NCBI GenBank assembly: GCA_013265495.1
Contig: MU058384.1
Location: forward strand, 3,013,010-3,077,009
Direction: 5' to 3'
Source of the DNA: Vicugna vicugna
Lineage: Eukaryota
DNA length: 64,000 nucleotides
Below the pieces are notes generated by a model. It was not told where the DNA came from. It made no database searches and worked only from the letters and a program-made list of their open reading frames with translations. A program made the translations under genes and the position numbers. Every line of letters starts with the position of its first letter. Position 1 is the stretch's first letter. Positions 38,041 through 51,170 of this stretch are shown here, one piece after another.

Positions 38041-38744
38041 AGCGTTTAAGTGCTGGCAATTTTCACCGCCACTTGTTTTTATAAAAATTCTGTTTTGCGG
38101 GGAACAAAAATTGGTGTCACTTATTCTCTACTACTTTATCTCCCGGGCAGTCTTGGCTTCTAGTTAAAGCATCTGTGGATGGGAATGACCCATCTTTCAC
38201 CCTCATGAAGCTCGTTTGTAAAGTAGACCAAAGGGAAGGGGGAATTCCCACCGCGTCTCATTACTGTCCAAGCCGACATACTTCCCTTTCAGGATGGTTG
38301 GAGGGAGGGAGGGACTGTCTGCTCTTGTCAAGGGATTTGAAAAAAAACATACTGTTCCCATCCTTTAGATCTCCCTGATTGCTTCATTGGTCTCCTGAGA
38401 TTGCCATATGTTACGTGCAAAGGGAAGCTTTAGAAACAAAACAAAATTGTCCCGCCCCATTGGGAAGCTTGTGGATTCTAAAGGCTCCAACATTGTGAAT
38501 AGCCCTCCGGGTTTATTTATTAGTGAGGGAAACCGGACATTGAGGCTCTGCCACTTCCATTCTTAAAGGATGTCTACTCATTAAAAAAAATCGCATACCT
38601 AAGTAGAGTTAACAAAATTGTGTAATAAAAATGTTTACACTGAAAAAGATGATCATTTTGATGAAAAAAATAAAATGCAATTTGTATTGTTTATTATATA
38701 ATTGTAAGATTTACTCAGAACATTAATTCATAAAGCACACTAAC

Positions 38745-38905
38745 AATGGAATGAATAGTCATGGCACACAACTTTAAGCAGGGTACATACATGCCAAGCC
38801 CTCTGCTTAATGATGGAATTCATCAATGAACAAAACATACTAAAATCTTAGCCCTTCAAGCATGCATTTGAATGGAGGGAGATAAATAATGAATACATTA
38901 ATTAA

Positions 38906-38947
<42 letters not shown>

Positions 38948-39265
38948 TAGAAACAGTGATAAGTACTATAGAAAAAGGACAAAGGATACAGGAATTAGGA
39001 AAGGGGAATGTGTGTGGAGGGGTGGGTTGTAATTATGAGTTGAGCGTAGGGTACATCTATGGAGAAGCTGGCATCTGAACAGAGACTTGCAGTGTGTGAA
39101 GGAGTTAGCTCTGTGGGTATGAGGAGGAGAGTTCCAGGCAAGGGGAGCAAGCAGTTTATGCAAAGGCCCTGAGGCAGGAGTGTTCGTGGATTAATGGAGG
39201 AGGCCAGTGTGGCTGGAGTGAGGTGGCCATGGGGACTAGGAGGAAACGAAGTTGGGAGAAAAATC
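38745..39265 (-). mobile_element. L2a 3' region with internal (TA)n at 38909-38943
   Basis: gttccaggcaaggggagcaagc...caaaggccctgaggcaggag...gaggccagtgtggctggag. Confidence 0.85.
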
Positions 39266-39812
39266 CATTGGGACTGCCTAGCTACCCTGGGTTTATTTAA
39301 CTACCTAGAGTGCTTCGGGTCAGGGATTTTATGTACTAAATCCAGGCAACAGTGAAGTGGGCGCTGTTCTAACAAGTACAGCTACTTGAGGCCCGGGAAG
39401 CCCAGGGCCTGAGTACCTATGTCTAGAGGAAGCAAATCCGCTTTGCTCTCACCTCTGTGCTTGGTGACTTCACCCCCCACACCTGCTCTCTTTCCTCCTC
39501 CTGCAGAGCAGTCTTTAGCCCAGCGCATCCACAGGCAGAGAGGAGGAGGGCCGTAACTGCCTCTGCCCCCACCCCCACGCCGGGCTGCCTCTCCCAGAGC
39601 AGCAGACCCGGCCTGGGCTCTGGGTCGAAAGTGCTTCCTAGCACTGATTCCAGAGCCTAAGAAAGGATGGAGGGCGACAGATTTCAATGAGAGTGGCACC
39701 TCCTCACTCTCCTCCATCTCAAAGCTAACACCGTCCTTGCTCCTCACACCTGTGTGACTGTGACATGTCCTCTGGCTCTTAATCCCCGTCTCACTCCCCG
39801 GTTTTCTCAAGC

Positions 39813-40030
39813 ACAGGGTTTTCAGCTCCGACGCTATTGACGTTTGGAACGGGATGATTCTTGATTGCGGGGGGCCGCAATGAGCGTTTCCGGGCAGCCG
39901 TGTATGGTCGGATGTGGAGCAGTAGCTCTGGCCTCTGTACTCTTTCTAGGTCGTGATGACCCATCATGTCTCCAGACATGTTAAACATCACCTGGGGTGC
40001 AACATTGTCCCCTCTGGAGTGCACCAGTGT
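39813..40030. mobile_element. MER20 (hAT-Charlie), CpG-rich copy
   Basis: ctattgacgtttgg...ggatgtggagcagtagctctggcctctg...atgtctccagacatg. Confidence 0.8.
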
Positions 40031-41099
40031 GGCTCTGTTTTGTGGAATATTTTTTGACATCCTGCTCTCTTAGAAGGTCTCTTTTTCTCTTGCCCTCTCC
40101 TACTCCAACTCCTTAAGTAATCCTGCTCGGTGATGCTTTCTGGATTCATTAGAAGGGAGGTGCTGGCTTCTCTCTCCACTAACTAGCACTACAGTATGCA
40201 GCCCTCAAAGCTGATGTTATAATCACCATCGTCTGCATCCTGGCTCCTGGATGTGTGTACGATGTTTGGACAGCGCTGCTCTTTCATATACTGTCTGAAC
40301 TTCTACCCATTAAGTAATCATGTCTTTATTGTCTTTATTCAGTAATTTTCCTTGTTAACTTAAGACATGTTTTTTTTGTTGTTGATGATAATACTGATGA
40401 CAGAAAGCTCCCCAAAGTTGTTAGACGCCAAAATAATCTTTGGCAGAAAATCCTGGGAAACTCCCGGACGAGTGGGAAAATTACTGGGTTTTGTATGATA
40501 TGACAAGCCTTCACCAATCCCAGTGAGGGAGTTGTTCGCTGGATTGTGGATGGGGAGCCTGATGAAACAACTGTTACATAAAATGTGGGGCTGAGAAGCG
40601 ATAGAAACAGCTCAGCCTTCTATGTGATCATCAGAGAAATAGGAGCTCAGAGAAAGTGAGAGCCTGAGGGGCCCTCGAGAAATCAACTAACAGAATTCCC
40701 TCACGTAGGAAATAACAGAACAGAGGGTAGAGAATCATTGCTTTGCCCAAAGGACAGAAAGAGCACTCGAATCTGGATTTGAACTCAGATCTCCTGATTC
40801 TCTGTTCTGATTTGTGATGAAGTTTCCTCCATCCACAGCAAAATAAAAATCAGGACATTTTAGAAAGGCTGTCCTAACTGAATGAGTTACTTTTGAAAAA
40901 CTGTCCTTTATCCTGAGATTTATATCCTTTTGGCCCTTCTACCTTTTTTTTTTATTAAGAAAAAATATTGTCTCTATTAAGAAATGACTCTAGATGTTTT
41001 GGACTTTTGGGGGTTTTCTTAAAGCCTTGATTTTGGCAATGCCAAAGCAATTTACCACCACCACCCCTTTGAAAAAAAATTAAAAAACAAAACAAAAAT

Positions 41100-41340
41100 C
41101 TGGGAACCACTGATTTAGTTTCCTTACATCCAAAGAAAGCAGAGATTTTCTTGCCCCCAGAGGGCAGGACAGGACGCACAGGCCTGTTGGCTGACAGAAG
41201 ATGGAGACCCCCAGGTGAGAACTCCCATACACCACAATCGCCCAACGACCCAGACTTGGGCTTCTCTGGAATCACCCATCTTCCTTCCCTCACTCTCTTT
41301 CAGTGAATGAGAACTTTCTGGAGTCTTTGGGCATGACTCC
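41100..41340. mobile_element. Possible ERV LTR fragment
   Basis: ggaaccactgatttagtttccttacatccaaagaaagcagagat resembles an LTR end (recalled, family uncertain). Confidence 0.3.
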
Positions 41341-42234
41341 TGACATGAGGCCCCTCTGGATCATCAAGGTATATGTATCTGCTCTGAACTAGACACCTGG
41401 TTGGAGCAGGTAAAGTTTGGACTCTGAGCCACCTATGGTTCTTGCCAAATGTGGCTTCCTCTAGGAGGCAAAAGCATTAGAATATTGGTTCTCCAATTTT
41501 CCCAAGCCTTCTGCTTGAGAAAAGAATACCCAGATCCAGGGAAAGGCTTTTCGATCATCATGGAAACTGCACTGAAGCTGTTCCTATTTGGTAGCATCAG
41601 CCCCCTAACTCCTGCCCCTAAGAAATGGGAGGAAAGTTACTAGAAAATTTTTGTCAGGCTCGAGTCCCCAACAAAATGTCCTGGTATACCAGTTTGACCA
41701 GTCTATTCAGATTTCACATCTATATCTCAACAGAGGCTTCTGGAGACACCAAAAATCAATCAGAGGAGCCCAGTGAAATTGACAGCCCTCAGAGCTGGGG
41801 GCTGGCACACCTAATGCCTGAGGGTCCTGATCCTTCAGCTCACAGACGCCAACCAACACAGGAAGAAGGATACCAAGGGTTTTAAAAGAGGGAGGTGACA
41901 GCAGGCTATCTCAGAGGGTTACAAGAGTTTTCAAAGGAAAAGGAAACCAAAAAAGGAGCGAAAATATGTCATCAACATTTATCTGAATACACTCATCTTC
42001 TTGCTGAATTTCTTTCCATACAATTGTCACAGGGTGTAGGGGGCCAGATGCACTTCACTGGGCTAGACTATCCAGGTAAGTTGACATCTGGCCAAAGATG
42101 AAGCTGCCTTTGCATTGTGACTCTTTCTTGGACTGTTTCAGACGGTCTCACATGAGCTCACCCAGACACGTCTGCAATTCCAGGAAGCGGCAGCTGCAGA
42201 GAGGAGAGGAGGGGGACCAGCAGCGTCAAGGGCT

Positions 42235-42460
42235 CGGTGAGAGGCCGTGCTTAGATGCTTTGCATGTGCTCTCTGCTTTAATCTTCACCACCATCCCACC
42301 TGGGGAGTATTATTATCCTCATTGTACAAATAGGGAAACAGCATCTGGTCTCGGACAAGTTAGGTAATTTGTCCCATAGGTAGTTTGTCCCAGGTCACGA
42401 GGGCTCAAAGAGAACACAACTGATATTCAAATCCAGATCTTCCTGTCTCTAAAGTCATCT
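42235..42460 (-). mobile_element. MIR SINE
   Basis: tattattatcctcattgtacaaatagggaaac...attcaaatccagatct. Confidence 0.75.
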
Positions 42461-45400
42461 TTTCACGAGACTACAGGGCTATCGGGCCTCTGATCATCCA
42501 GTGTGTTCGGGAAATGGGGAAGGGCAGTGTGGTTTCTGAGCCACAGTGTGACGTGACACAGGGACAGATGCAAGAAAAAGAAAATTGTAAGTACAGTCCC
42601 CTCAACACACAGGGTGGCATCAGCCTGCTCGCACCGGCCTTCCTGTGGTCCTCTGTGTCTGAAGGACTGCGCAGGGAGCTGTGCCGGGCAGCAAAGGCAT
42701 GTCCGCAAAGGAAGGGCAGGACTTTGTATTCAATAAAAAACAGACTCAGGATTGCAACGGCATTCAAGCCAACATGAAAGTGGACATTTGATGAGCTTGT
42801 ATTTCTAACAGTTTCTGGAGTCAAGAACCTTGTCATATTGTGTGACATCTTTATCACAGAACTATTATTTAGTTGACTCGCTCTTTCATTTCAGAGAATT
42901 AATATTAACAGATGTCGGATGTATTCTAGGTTTAGAGATAGGAAAAAAATTATACCTAAGAAGGCAAAAAAAAAGTCTCAAAAATTTTTTAGAAAGTATC
43001 AAATCCTTGGGATCCAAACATGTGTGATGTTGGGACAGCTCAGGAAATCCGCTGGCTCCTGCCTGGACCTGAAGAATGTTTACATTCCCGTGGAATTCCT
43101 GGGAAAGTCCAGAGCTCTCTGTGCTTTGAAAACAATGGCTTACGGAGATCAACTTCCCCACTGCAGCAACCTGACAGGAGGAAGGGCCCGAGAGGGTCTT
43201 TATTTGGGTGGGATGGGGCCAGAGCTGAATTCCTCAAGAACAGGCCATCCTGTTTGCTCCCTTGAGCTGATACCAGAACTTGTTCGCAGGTACGAGCCCT
43301 GAGCCAGGGCTGGGCTTGAAAAAGACTGCTGCTCTCTCTCTTGTCAGCCATAGCAATCATTGCTGACGGTTTCTACAAATGTCCTGAGTCACAGCCATTC
43401 CCTGGACAGGTTAGGTACTCATAAGGTGTGGCTGCCTTTTTCCTTCACTAAGGAGTCATGGAAATCAAGGCAGCAATAGTTAAGCTTACTGAAACTTCAC
43501 TAAATCCCTCCTTTTGCAGAAAAGTATACTAAGGCTCTGAGAAGTTCAATCATGTTTTAAAACCACACGGCTGGTTAGTGGCAGGGCTGAAGCGAGGAGC
43601 CAAGACCCACTTGTTTATTCAACACATGTCAGTCAAGCTCTTTACTACGTGTAAGGAAAGGTCTGCATCAAACTAAGAGTTTCTGTTAGTAAAGGAGAGA
43701 TGTCTGGTAGGGGTGGGCCTACCCTTCAATTTTGTTCAGTCATCAACCTCTTAAGAAAGACAACCTGCCTCTCAGTTTAATGTGAACGACAACTATAAGA
43801 AGCCGCACATGGAATCATCATTCCTCTTGCCTGGGGTGGACTGAGGGGTGGACGTGGGATCTAGTTCGGTCGAGTAGACGTGAAGGGAAATTCGCTGTGG
43901 GGCTTGGAAGTATTTCTGGGGATGTTTTTTCTTCCCCAAGGTTGTCGTCTCTGGAGGTAACAGTGCCTGGAACTGGGAGTGCGCCTGTTGCCATGATGAG
44001 GCTGGTGGGGGTTGGGGGGCGGGGTGGGAGGAAGGCTGAGATCTTGATGATGTCCTTGAGAATGCCCAGCACTAACTTGCTGCTACATGAGCTGATAAAA
44101 TTATCTTAACTGATGAAACTAGTGGAGTTTTCAAATACTTGCAACTGAAAACATCCTTCAAAAAAATGTGAAGTTCTAGTGGTAGGTTGTTACCAAGATT
44201 TCCATCTAAGGACTTCTATTTTCTCCTGGGGAGGTAGAGGGATGGCCAATGTGAAGAAGGCGGAGACTGGGGAAGCAGCTCCTTAGGGAAATTCGGAAGG
44301 AGTGCTGAGGGCCTGAGAGATCACAGCAGCACCAATCTGTCCACTGAGGTGACCTTTCCCCAGCTGCGCTCAGTGGCCCCAGCACAGCGATGGAGAAGAC
44401 AGAGAATTGCATTCAGCAAGAGGTGTGGTTTTTCCAGGTGGATGCCTCTCCCTTCCTCTCTCTGCCACATCGTCTTGTCTTCCAGCTGTCAGTTCAGCTC
44501 AACATTGATCATGTCACCCATGTATGAAGCACCCCTAAGTTCTTGTAAAAATGGAAAAGTATTCTTGTAATTTCCAGGTTGGCCCAGATAAATTCAGAGG
44601 CTTCTCCCCATGGGCCTGTAGTTTCATGGCATAAAACAGTCAACTGTGAGATTACATATTGTCAAAGTAGAAGAAATGATTCACATGAGAAACAAACTAA
44701 GTCTCCGTGGACAACATTTGAATGTCTTTGGGTTAAAAGCAGTGAGAAATGGTGCTCAGATGCTCCAAGTTTACTTTAAAAACACCACACAGCCCGATGC
44801 TGGTGCATATATTCATCTGTTAATTCCATACTGCATCACTGTGTCCACCGTGAGATGCGTTCGTGGGCTGTGAACTCCAGGCTTGCTCTCTGGAAGCAGA
44901 GTGGAGGCGTCAGGTAAAAGCTAACGTTTACAGCAAAATTCAGAATTTGCCCAAGGAAAAGAAAATCGCTAGGGGAAGTGGTGTCTTCTCTTTGGACTAG
45001 AGGTGGGACAGCGGGTGGCCGGCTGGGAGGTTTCCCTGGAGTCCTGGTAGACATTATGAGACTAGGAAGGGTGAGCAGTAGCAGAAGCCAGCTGGAAGGT
45101 GTGGGACCTGGGGCAGCCCCGCCTGTTTGGGGCACTGCTGGTGGTGTTCTGGGGCTCGGATGGGGCGGGGAGCTTCAGGAGGATTGGTGATGGGAGGTCC
45201 GGACCATTTGAGAAGCTTGAATTTAAAACTGCTGGAGATAGGGAGCCACTGAGGAGCTAAGGAAGGCCAATAATGCAGTCAGTTTCTTTCTTGGAAAAAA
45301 ACAGCCTGTGACTGAGCAGAGGCTGAGCTGGAGGGGCAAGGCTGAAGAGGGAATGAAAATGGAGAAGCATTTTGGCCTGTCAGATGAAGATTCTAACAGG

Positions 45401-48400
45401 AGTGGAATTCAAATTTTAAAATAGAATAGACCTTGGTATTTGGGGAACAGAGAATCTATAGACCATTGCATTTGGATTTACAAGTTCAAAAGCTTATGTC
45501 TGCATCCTTCATTACGTTGGAGAATACCTTGTGCTTTCTTTGACTGCTAATGTCTTGCAGAAATACAGTCTGGTGGCCAAAAGAAGTTTTTGAAAGATTA
45601 CGTTAATCCTTGACTTGAGTGGCTTGAAAAAACCAAACAAGCAAACAAAAACTGTGAAAGGGCTCCAAGTACACAACCACAACTACTCTTACAGTTCTGT
45701 TTCCTCTGAAACTCTCCTCCCCTACACTGCCTCTCTCCACGATGTGCTAAGTCTCCCTCCGCTCTCAGCTCCCGAGGCTCATCTTTCTTGCCCGTTCCTC
45801 GCTCCCCTTCTGCATCTCCATCTACTGAGTCTCGCAGTCAGAAAGACCCCATGTTTGCCAGCAGGGAAACGGCATGAGTGATGAGTGGACCATCTTTGAT
45901 GGGTGGGAGAAGGCTGGGACTACTCCTAGGTGATATTTCATCCCATCATGGGACTTTCTCTCTTTGAACTTGTCTTCATTAGACAGGATGCAGCCATCAA
46001 TACAAAAGAAAAGTTTAGACAATTATCGGAGTGATTTTGGAAAGGGGAAGGGATTTCTGCTTCCATCATTCATCAGTGTTATTTTTCTTATTTTAAAAAA
46101 GTAGGCTATATTTTCTAGAGAAGTTTTAAGTTCATAGCACATTATTTTAACCGAGGATCAGTGACCACTCAATGCTGAAAGAATGTTTTGACTTAAACAT
46201 AAGCTTGTGTTACAGAAGATTTTACAGGTCAGAGTATTTCCTAGAAAACAAACTGTGAGAAAACGACCTTGATGCTGATATGATGATTATTGTGTAGTTT
46301 GAAGCTAAAATTTACTGAGCTTTAAATCTGTGCCAGGTCTGTTCCAAGGACTCTGCTTTTAAGAATTCATTTAATCCTCATAACCACCCAATTATCATCA
46401 TCATTTAGTAGCTGAAAACCTGTGGAACTCAGCAAGTAAGTGGTGGAATTAGCAAGGGCTCAAATTTACTCTGTTGGGCTCCAAAACCCAACGTTAACCA
46501 CTAGCCTTTTATGGTCTTTTGCAGACATGTTGAATTTGTCTCTCTCTCTCCATGTAAGGAGCATGGGCCTGGGTGCTGAGATGAGGTCTAGCTTATGGGG
46601 ACATCCCACCAAGAGGTGGGATGGGAGGAGGCGCAGAGGTCCCAGATGGTAAGTGCATCTTGTAAACCACATTATCTAGGTTCAGAGAATTTCTGTCTTT
46701 CACTGCTTCTGTTGAATGCTCTTCTAGGAGACATTAAGAACTTAGACCCTGTTTTCCACCAAGAGAAGGATGTAAAGGAGGGAGCAGTGCTGCCAGAGGC
46801 TGTCATGGTGGCAGCAGTGAGGACTGAAAGAAACCTCCCAGGAAGAAGGAACAAGTCAGAGCTACAGGGCCTGGTTGTCTCTTTCGACATTAGATTCTTA
46901 CTCCATCATTAATATCAGAAAATCTGAGTGTGTTGTATCACGATGGGAGAAGGTATCAATTTTCTTTCAAAGGGCACAATACAGTAACCAGAAACTTAAA
47001 ATGGTTCTCATACAATTAGAGCTGCTAAGCTGGGAGACGTTCCCTCCCTGCCCTCCCCCCGCCCCTTTATCCCATTCCTGGGTCCCTATTAAGATCTGCG
47101 TTAATGTTATCTATTTCTTTTCTTAATCTTTGCTTCCCTGAGTCCTTGGTCCTATGAATCACCAAACTCCCCAGTTTATGGGCCCTTGGGTCCCCATGGC
47201 TGATCATATGTCTCCCGTGAGCCTGGCACAAAGCTAATACTCAATAAATTAGTGATTCATGAGTGACATCAGAACCAAATGAGGAGGAAATAATGAACAT
47301 AGAACAATCAGCTCCCAAAGTTTTTGTAAGTATCCTAAAAGTATCGGGAGGGGAAAATTGTTTCCTGTCTTGCTCATTGCCAAAGGGTTTTCTCTCACAA
47401 GCAGCTCATTAGCAGGCACTTTCCCAACTAGCTGAGACCAAATAGCAACAAGAGTGGACCAGAGGGCAAGCACTAACAGCGAGGGACAGTCTGCACTCCA
47501 CGGGGCGAAGGCACCGAAAGCCTCGCCACTTGGACTCCAGGGCAGTGCCCTTTGCCTTCACATTTCTTGGTGCAGTGTTTCTCACACATAATTTCGCCCA
47601 CACAGAGATGCTGGCATTTTTCTCCTGACCTTTCCACTCCAGTTCTTTCCAAGTGAGTTTCCCCATTGCCATGGCTGTGGGATGTTGGGCTTATCACTCT
47701 GCTCGCATCTGTTCTGGTCACCACTTGGCATAGGCTGGTGGGGAGTTCCATGCCCGCTTCCTCCAAGCCTCTGATGTTTTTCCACATGTGTTCAACTGAA
47801 GCCGCCTGGGAACAAAACATCCCATCTAGCACTGACCTTTGACCGTTCACTGATGCAGCTCGCCTCCCTCTACCTTCCAGAATTTGAGCACATAAATATT
47901 TCCTCATTTTGTAGACATTCTGGCCATGGCAAGTGAAAAGCCTGTCTCTGGGCTTGGCTGCCAAATGAAACCAGGTATACATTATTCTGTGCCACCATAG
48001 ATACTCCCAGACACCCCAGGAGTTTTGGCAGCCTATTGTCATAGGAGAACAAACAAAAAACAAAAACTTTAAATTGACTCAAAGAGGAGAGATTGAAGAG
48101 TGAATGAATGGCAATGAGGAGTCACTCTGACCTGTGAGATAGGCATTCTAATAGGTGCTTGGCCTTATTTCAATAGGTTGTCCCTTAAGACGGAAGAAAT
48201 CTTCCAGTGATAGAAGCACGTGCTCCCCTCCCCCATTTCCTGCTTCCTTCCTTGTCATCTGGGTGATGCACACTTGGTCCGGAGGCTGATAAGTATATTT
48301 TTGCCAACAGGGAGGGTTAGTTGCAGGCATCTCAGCAGAGCCCGCCTGTGTTGTCCGGATCAGGTCCACTTTGAAGAAGACCTTAGCAGCAGGGGAAAAT

Positions 48401-48719
48401 GAGCCAGAAACAAGCAAAGAGACAGGGAAACATGTAGTAATGAATATTTAATGTAAAGAGTTATCTTCATTCAAACCCCAAACGATGAGTATTTTTAACT
48501 GGAGGAAGCAAGGAAAGTCAAAGAAGCATCAGAGGAAGCACAACATTTCAGCTTAGCCCTGAGTCTGGAAATGAAGGAAGACTAATGATTTACAAGGGGC
48601 CCAACTCAAAATGGCCAGGCTCAAATCTGTCCCTCAACATTCCGGGCATCGTTGACGGAACACTGTTTTGGCTTCTCCACTGAAGCTTTTTTATCCAAAT
48701 TCCTCAGAATTGACTTATC

Positions 48720-51170
48720 TAGAATGGAAAAGCTATCCTGGTGATGTAAAAGATGACTATGTTTTACAGCAGAAAGCTAAACACAAGAAGAACTAAGGAC
48801 AAAGAGCCAAGCATGTTCTCGGTGTTTTCTAAATATTTTTTAGAGTTAACACCTGACCAGATGGAGGAAATGACCCAGATTGCAAAAGCAGCAGAGAGGC
48901 AAGATGTGGCAATAATGGGAGATTTTTACTGCACTGGCAGCTGGATTCATCCACACTAAAGGCAGAAGCTTGGCACATTCTTACTTACCTGGCTGGATAT
49001 TGAGTCTCCATAAAGGAACAAAAAAACTATGAGAGTTTTTTCCATGAATTATGAAAACAAGTGAGAACAGGTTGGTGGACTGAAGGGAGGAGAAGGAAAA
49101 GCAAACAGGAAAGGAACAAACAGTTCCTGAACACCCACCATGGATCAGATATCACTCAAGGTACTTAATATGTATCATCTCATTTATTCATCTCATGACC
49201 CTGTGAGATGCGAGATTACCTGTGCGAAGTAATGCATGGTTATCTCCACTGAGCCTCAGAGAGATGAAGGGAACTGGCCTAAGGTCACTCAGCTAGTTTG
49301 AGCAGGTGCGGGCTTTGAGCCAAGCCCTGACTCAGAATTCAGACCTCTTCCACGACCACATTGCTTCCTTGAGAAACTTGAGGGAAAGTATCCACGTCCC
49401 TGGAAGAAGGTCAGACATTTCAACTAGACCTAGGAAGACATTTCAGAAAGGGTTTTGTTAAAGGTTGGTGTAAGCCTGTGACTTCAACTATAAAATAGAG
49501 GTGACTTAAAAGGTTTGGGTGACTAATGATGTCCGCAGATAACCCAGCCTAGGTAAATGGAAGGTGAGCAAATATGCTGATGTGACTCTCAAGGAACTCA
49601 GCTCAGATTTTAGAAAGACACCCAGAAAAACCGAAGAAGCTCATAATTAAGAAGAAATGTATACCTGAGGTTCCATCCAGCATCTGAGATGCTGATGTGT
49701 CGTAGGAAGTCCGGTGTGTGAGAAGTGCTGCAGTGCACAGTGGGGAGATCTGGGGTGAGTGCAAAGCAGGAAGCAGAACAGGGAAGGCAAGGACCTGCTC
49801 CAGAGCCGGATGATGTAATGTCAACCGGACACAGGGAGGAAAACACACTTTTCTACACCTACTTGGCTTCCATTGTCTTCATCAGTGAGAATAATCTTCA
49901 GACCCGCAATGTGGGCTCCAACTCTGATAAAAGACTCCTGAAACCCAGTGCTTTAAGTAGGGTTGTCTCTTGGCCTAGAATAACAAACTGTCTGAGAGAA
50001 GTCCCCAGAAAGATCATATTGCTGTTTTAATCTGTGACAGTGAAGGATGGCACAGGTTCCAAAAAGATGGAGTTTGGCAGATGTGATCTTGATTTTCAAA
50101 GGGGAGGAAAGTGAAGTTTCTGGATCACCGTCTGGCAAGCTTGTTCAGGAGAGATGAGGAATCAGCAGAGATTCACCATAACGAAGCCATGTTGGACTCA
50201 TCTCGTTTAACCGAAGAGTGTTTATTTGGATAGACCAATGGAAGGCTGTTGGCAGAGAATATTAATGATCTTCAATATCCTTGGAGATGGAAGGAAAATT
50301 TGGGGCTAGAATATAATCAATTAAGTGCATCGTAACTAGTAAGGAACCACAGCCAAGGAAATGCTGATCATGAAACCATGTCATCTTAGACAGAGATCTC
50401 CGGGAGGTTTACATCCACAGTCCTACTCTATTTAATATTTCTGTTTTAATTACTATGGGTTGAGCTGGCTTTTTAATTAAATTTTCAGATGATTTAAGAT
50501 TGAGAAGAATGACTGAAACACCAGATGTCAGGTTTAATGTTCAAAAAAGAACTTGACAGATTAGAGCAATGGCCTGATTCCAACAAGGAAACATGCAATA
50601 TACTTAATATAATGTTTTACATTTAGATTCCAAGGTGAGCTTCCCAGCTATACATGTTCAAACAGTAGCACATGCAAAGAATACCTTTGGGAATTTTGTT
50701 GACTCAAAATGAGTGAAGAGTTTAAGGAGTTGCTACAACCTTGACTGTCACCTTTGGTTGTGTTAACAAATTATAGAACCTGAAACAGTTGTGTTGGCAG
50801 CCTCTCCGTTCTGCTCAGTTAGACTGCCCCTCATAAAAGGTGTGCAGTTCTGGGTGCAAACTCCAAAAAGGGCAATGACAATTGGGAGCATGGCTAGAAA
50901 GGGGGACCAAAGATGGAAAATGAGAAACAGGTAAATGAACTGAAAAGATTTGGTCTGAAAGAGAGAAAATGACAACACATGGGGTTTCTTCTATGTAGCC
51001 CTAGAAGACAGAACCCAAGCCAACTAGACAGATTTGGGGCTGTCAGGGGAAATGTTCTAATGGTTACAGATGCTTAGGCCCCAAATGGGCTACCTCACAA
51101 AGCTGTGTGTTTCCTTTCACACTTCCTCTTCAAATACAGTTTGGACAATCACATGTTGAGGATGAACGGG
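48720..51170 (+). mobile_element. CR1/L3 LINE fossil spanning endonuclease, RT and 3' end (interrupted by MIR at ~49130-49350)
   Basis: Collinear CR1 ORF2 motifs: VAIMGDF (~48906), VPKRWSLADVILIFKG (50056), KFSDDLRL (50479), ELDRLEQW (~50549), VQFW (~50842). Confidence 0.8.

Noticed and set aside
47473..48063. Longest non-L1 ORF (196 aa, minus strand)
   Set aside because: No recognisable domain, composition typical of chance ORFs, no convincing splice or start context
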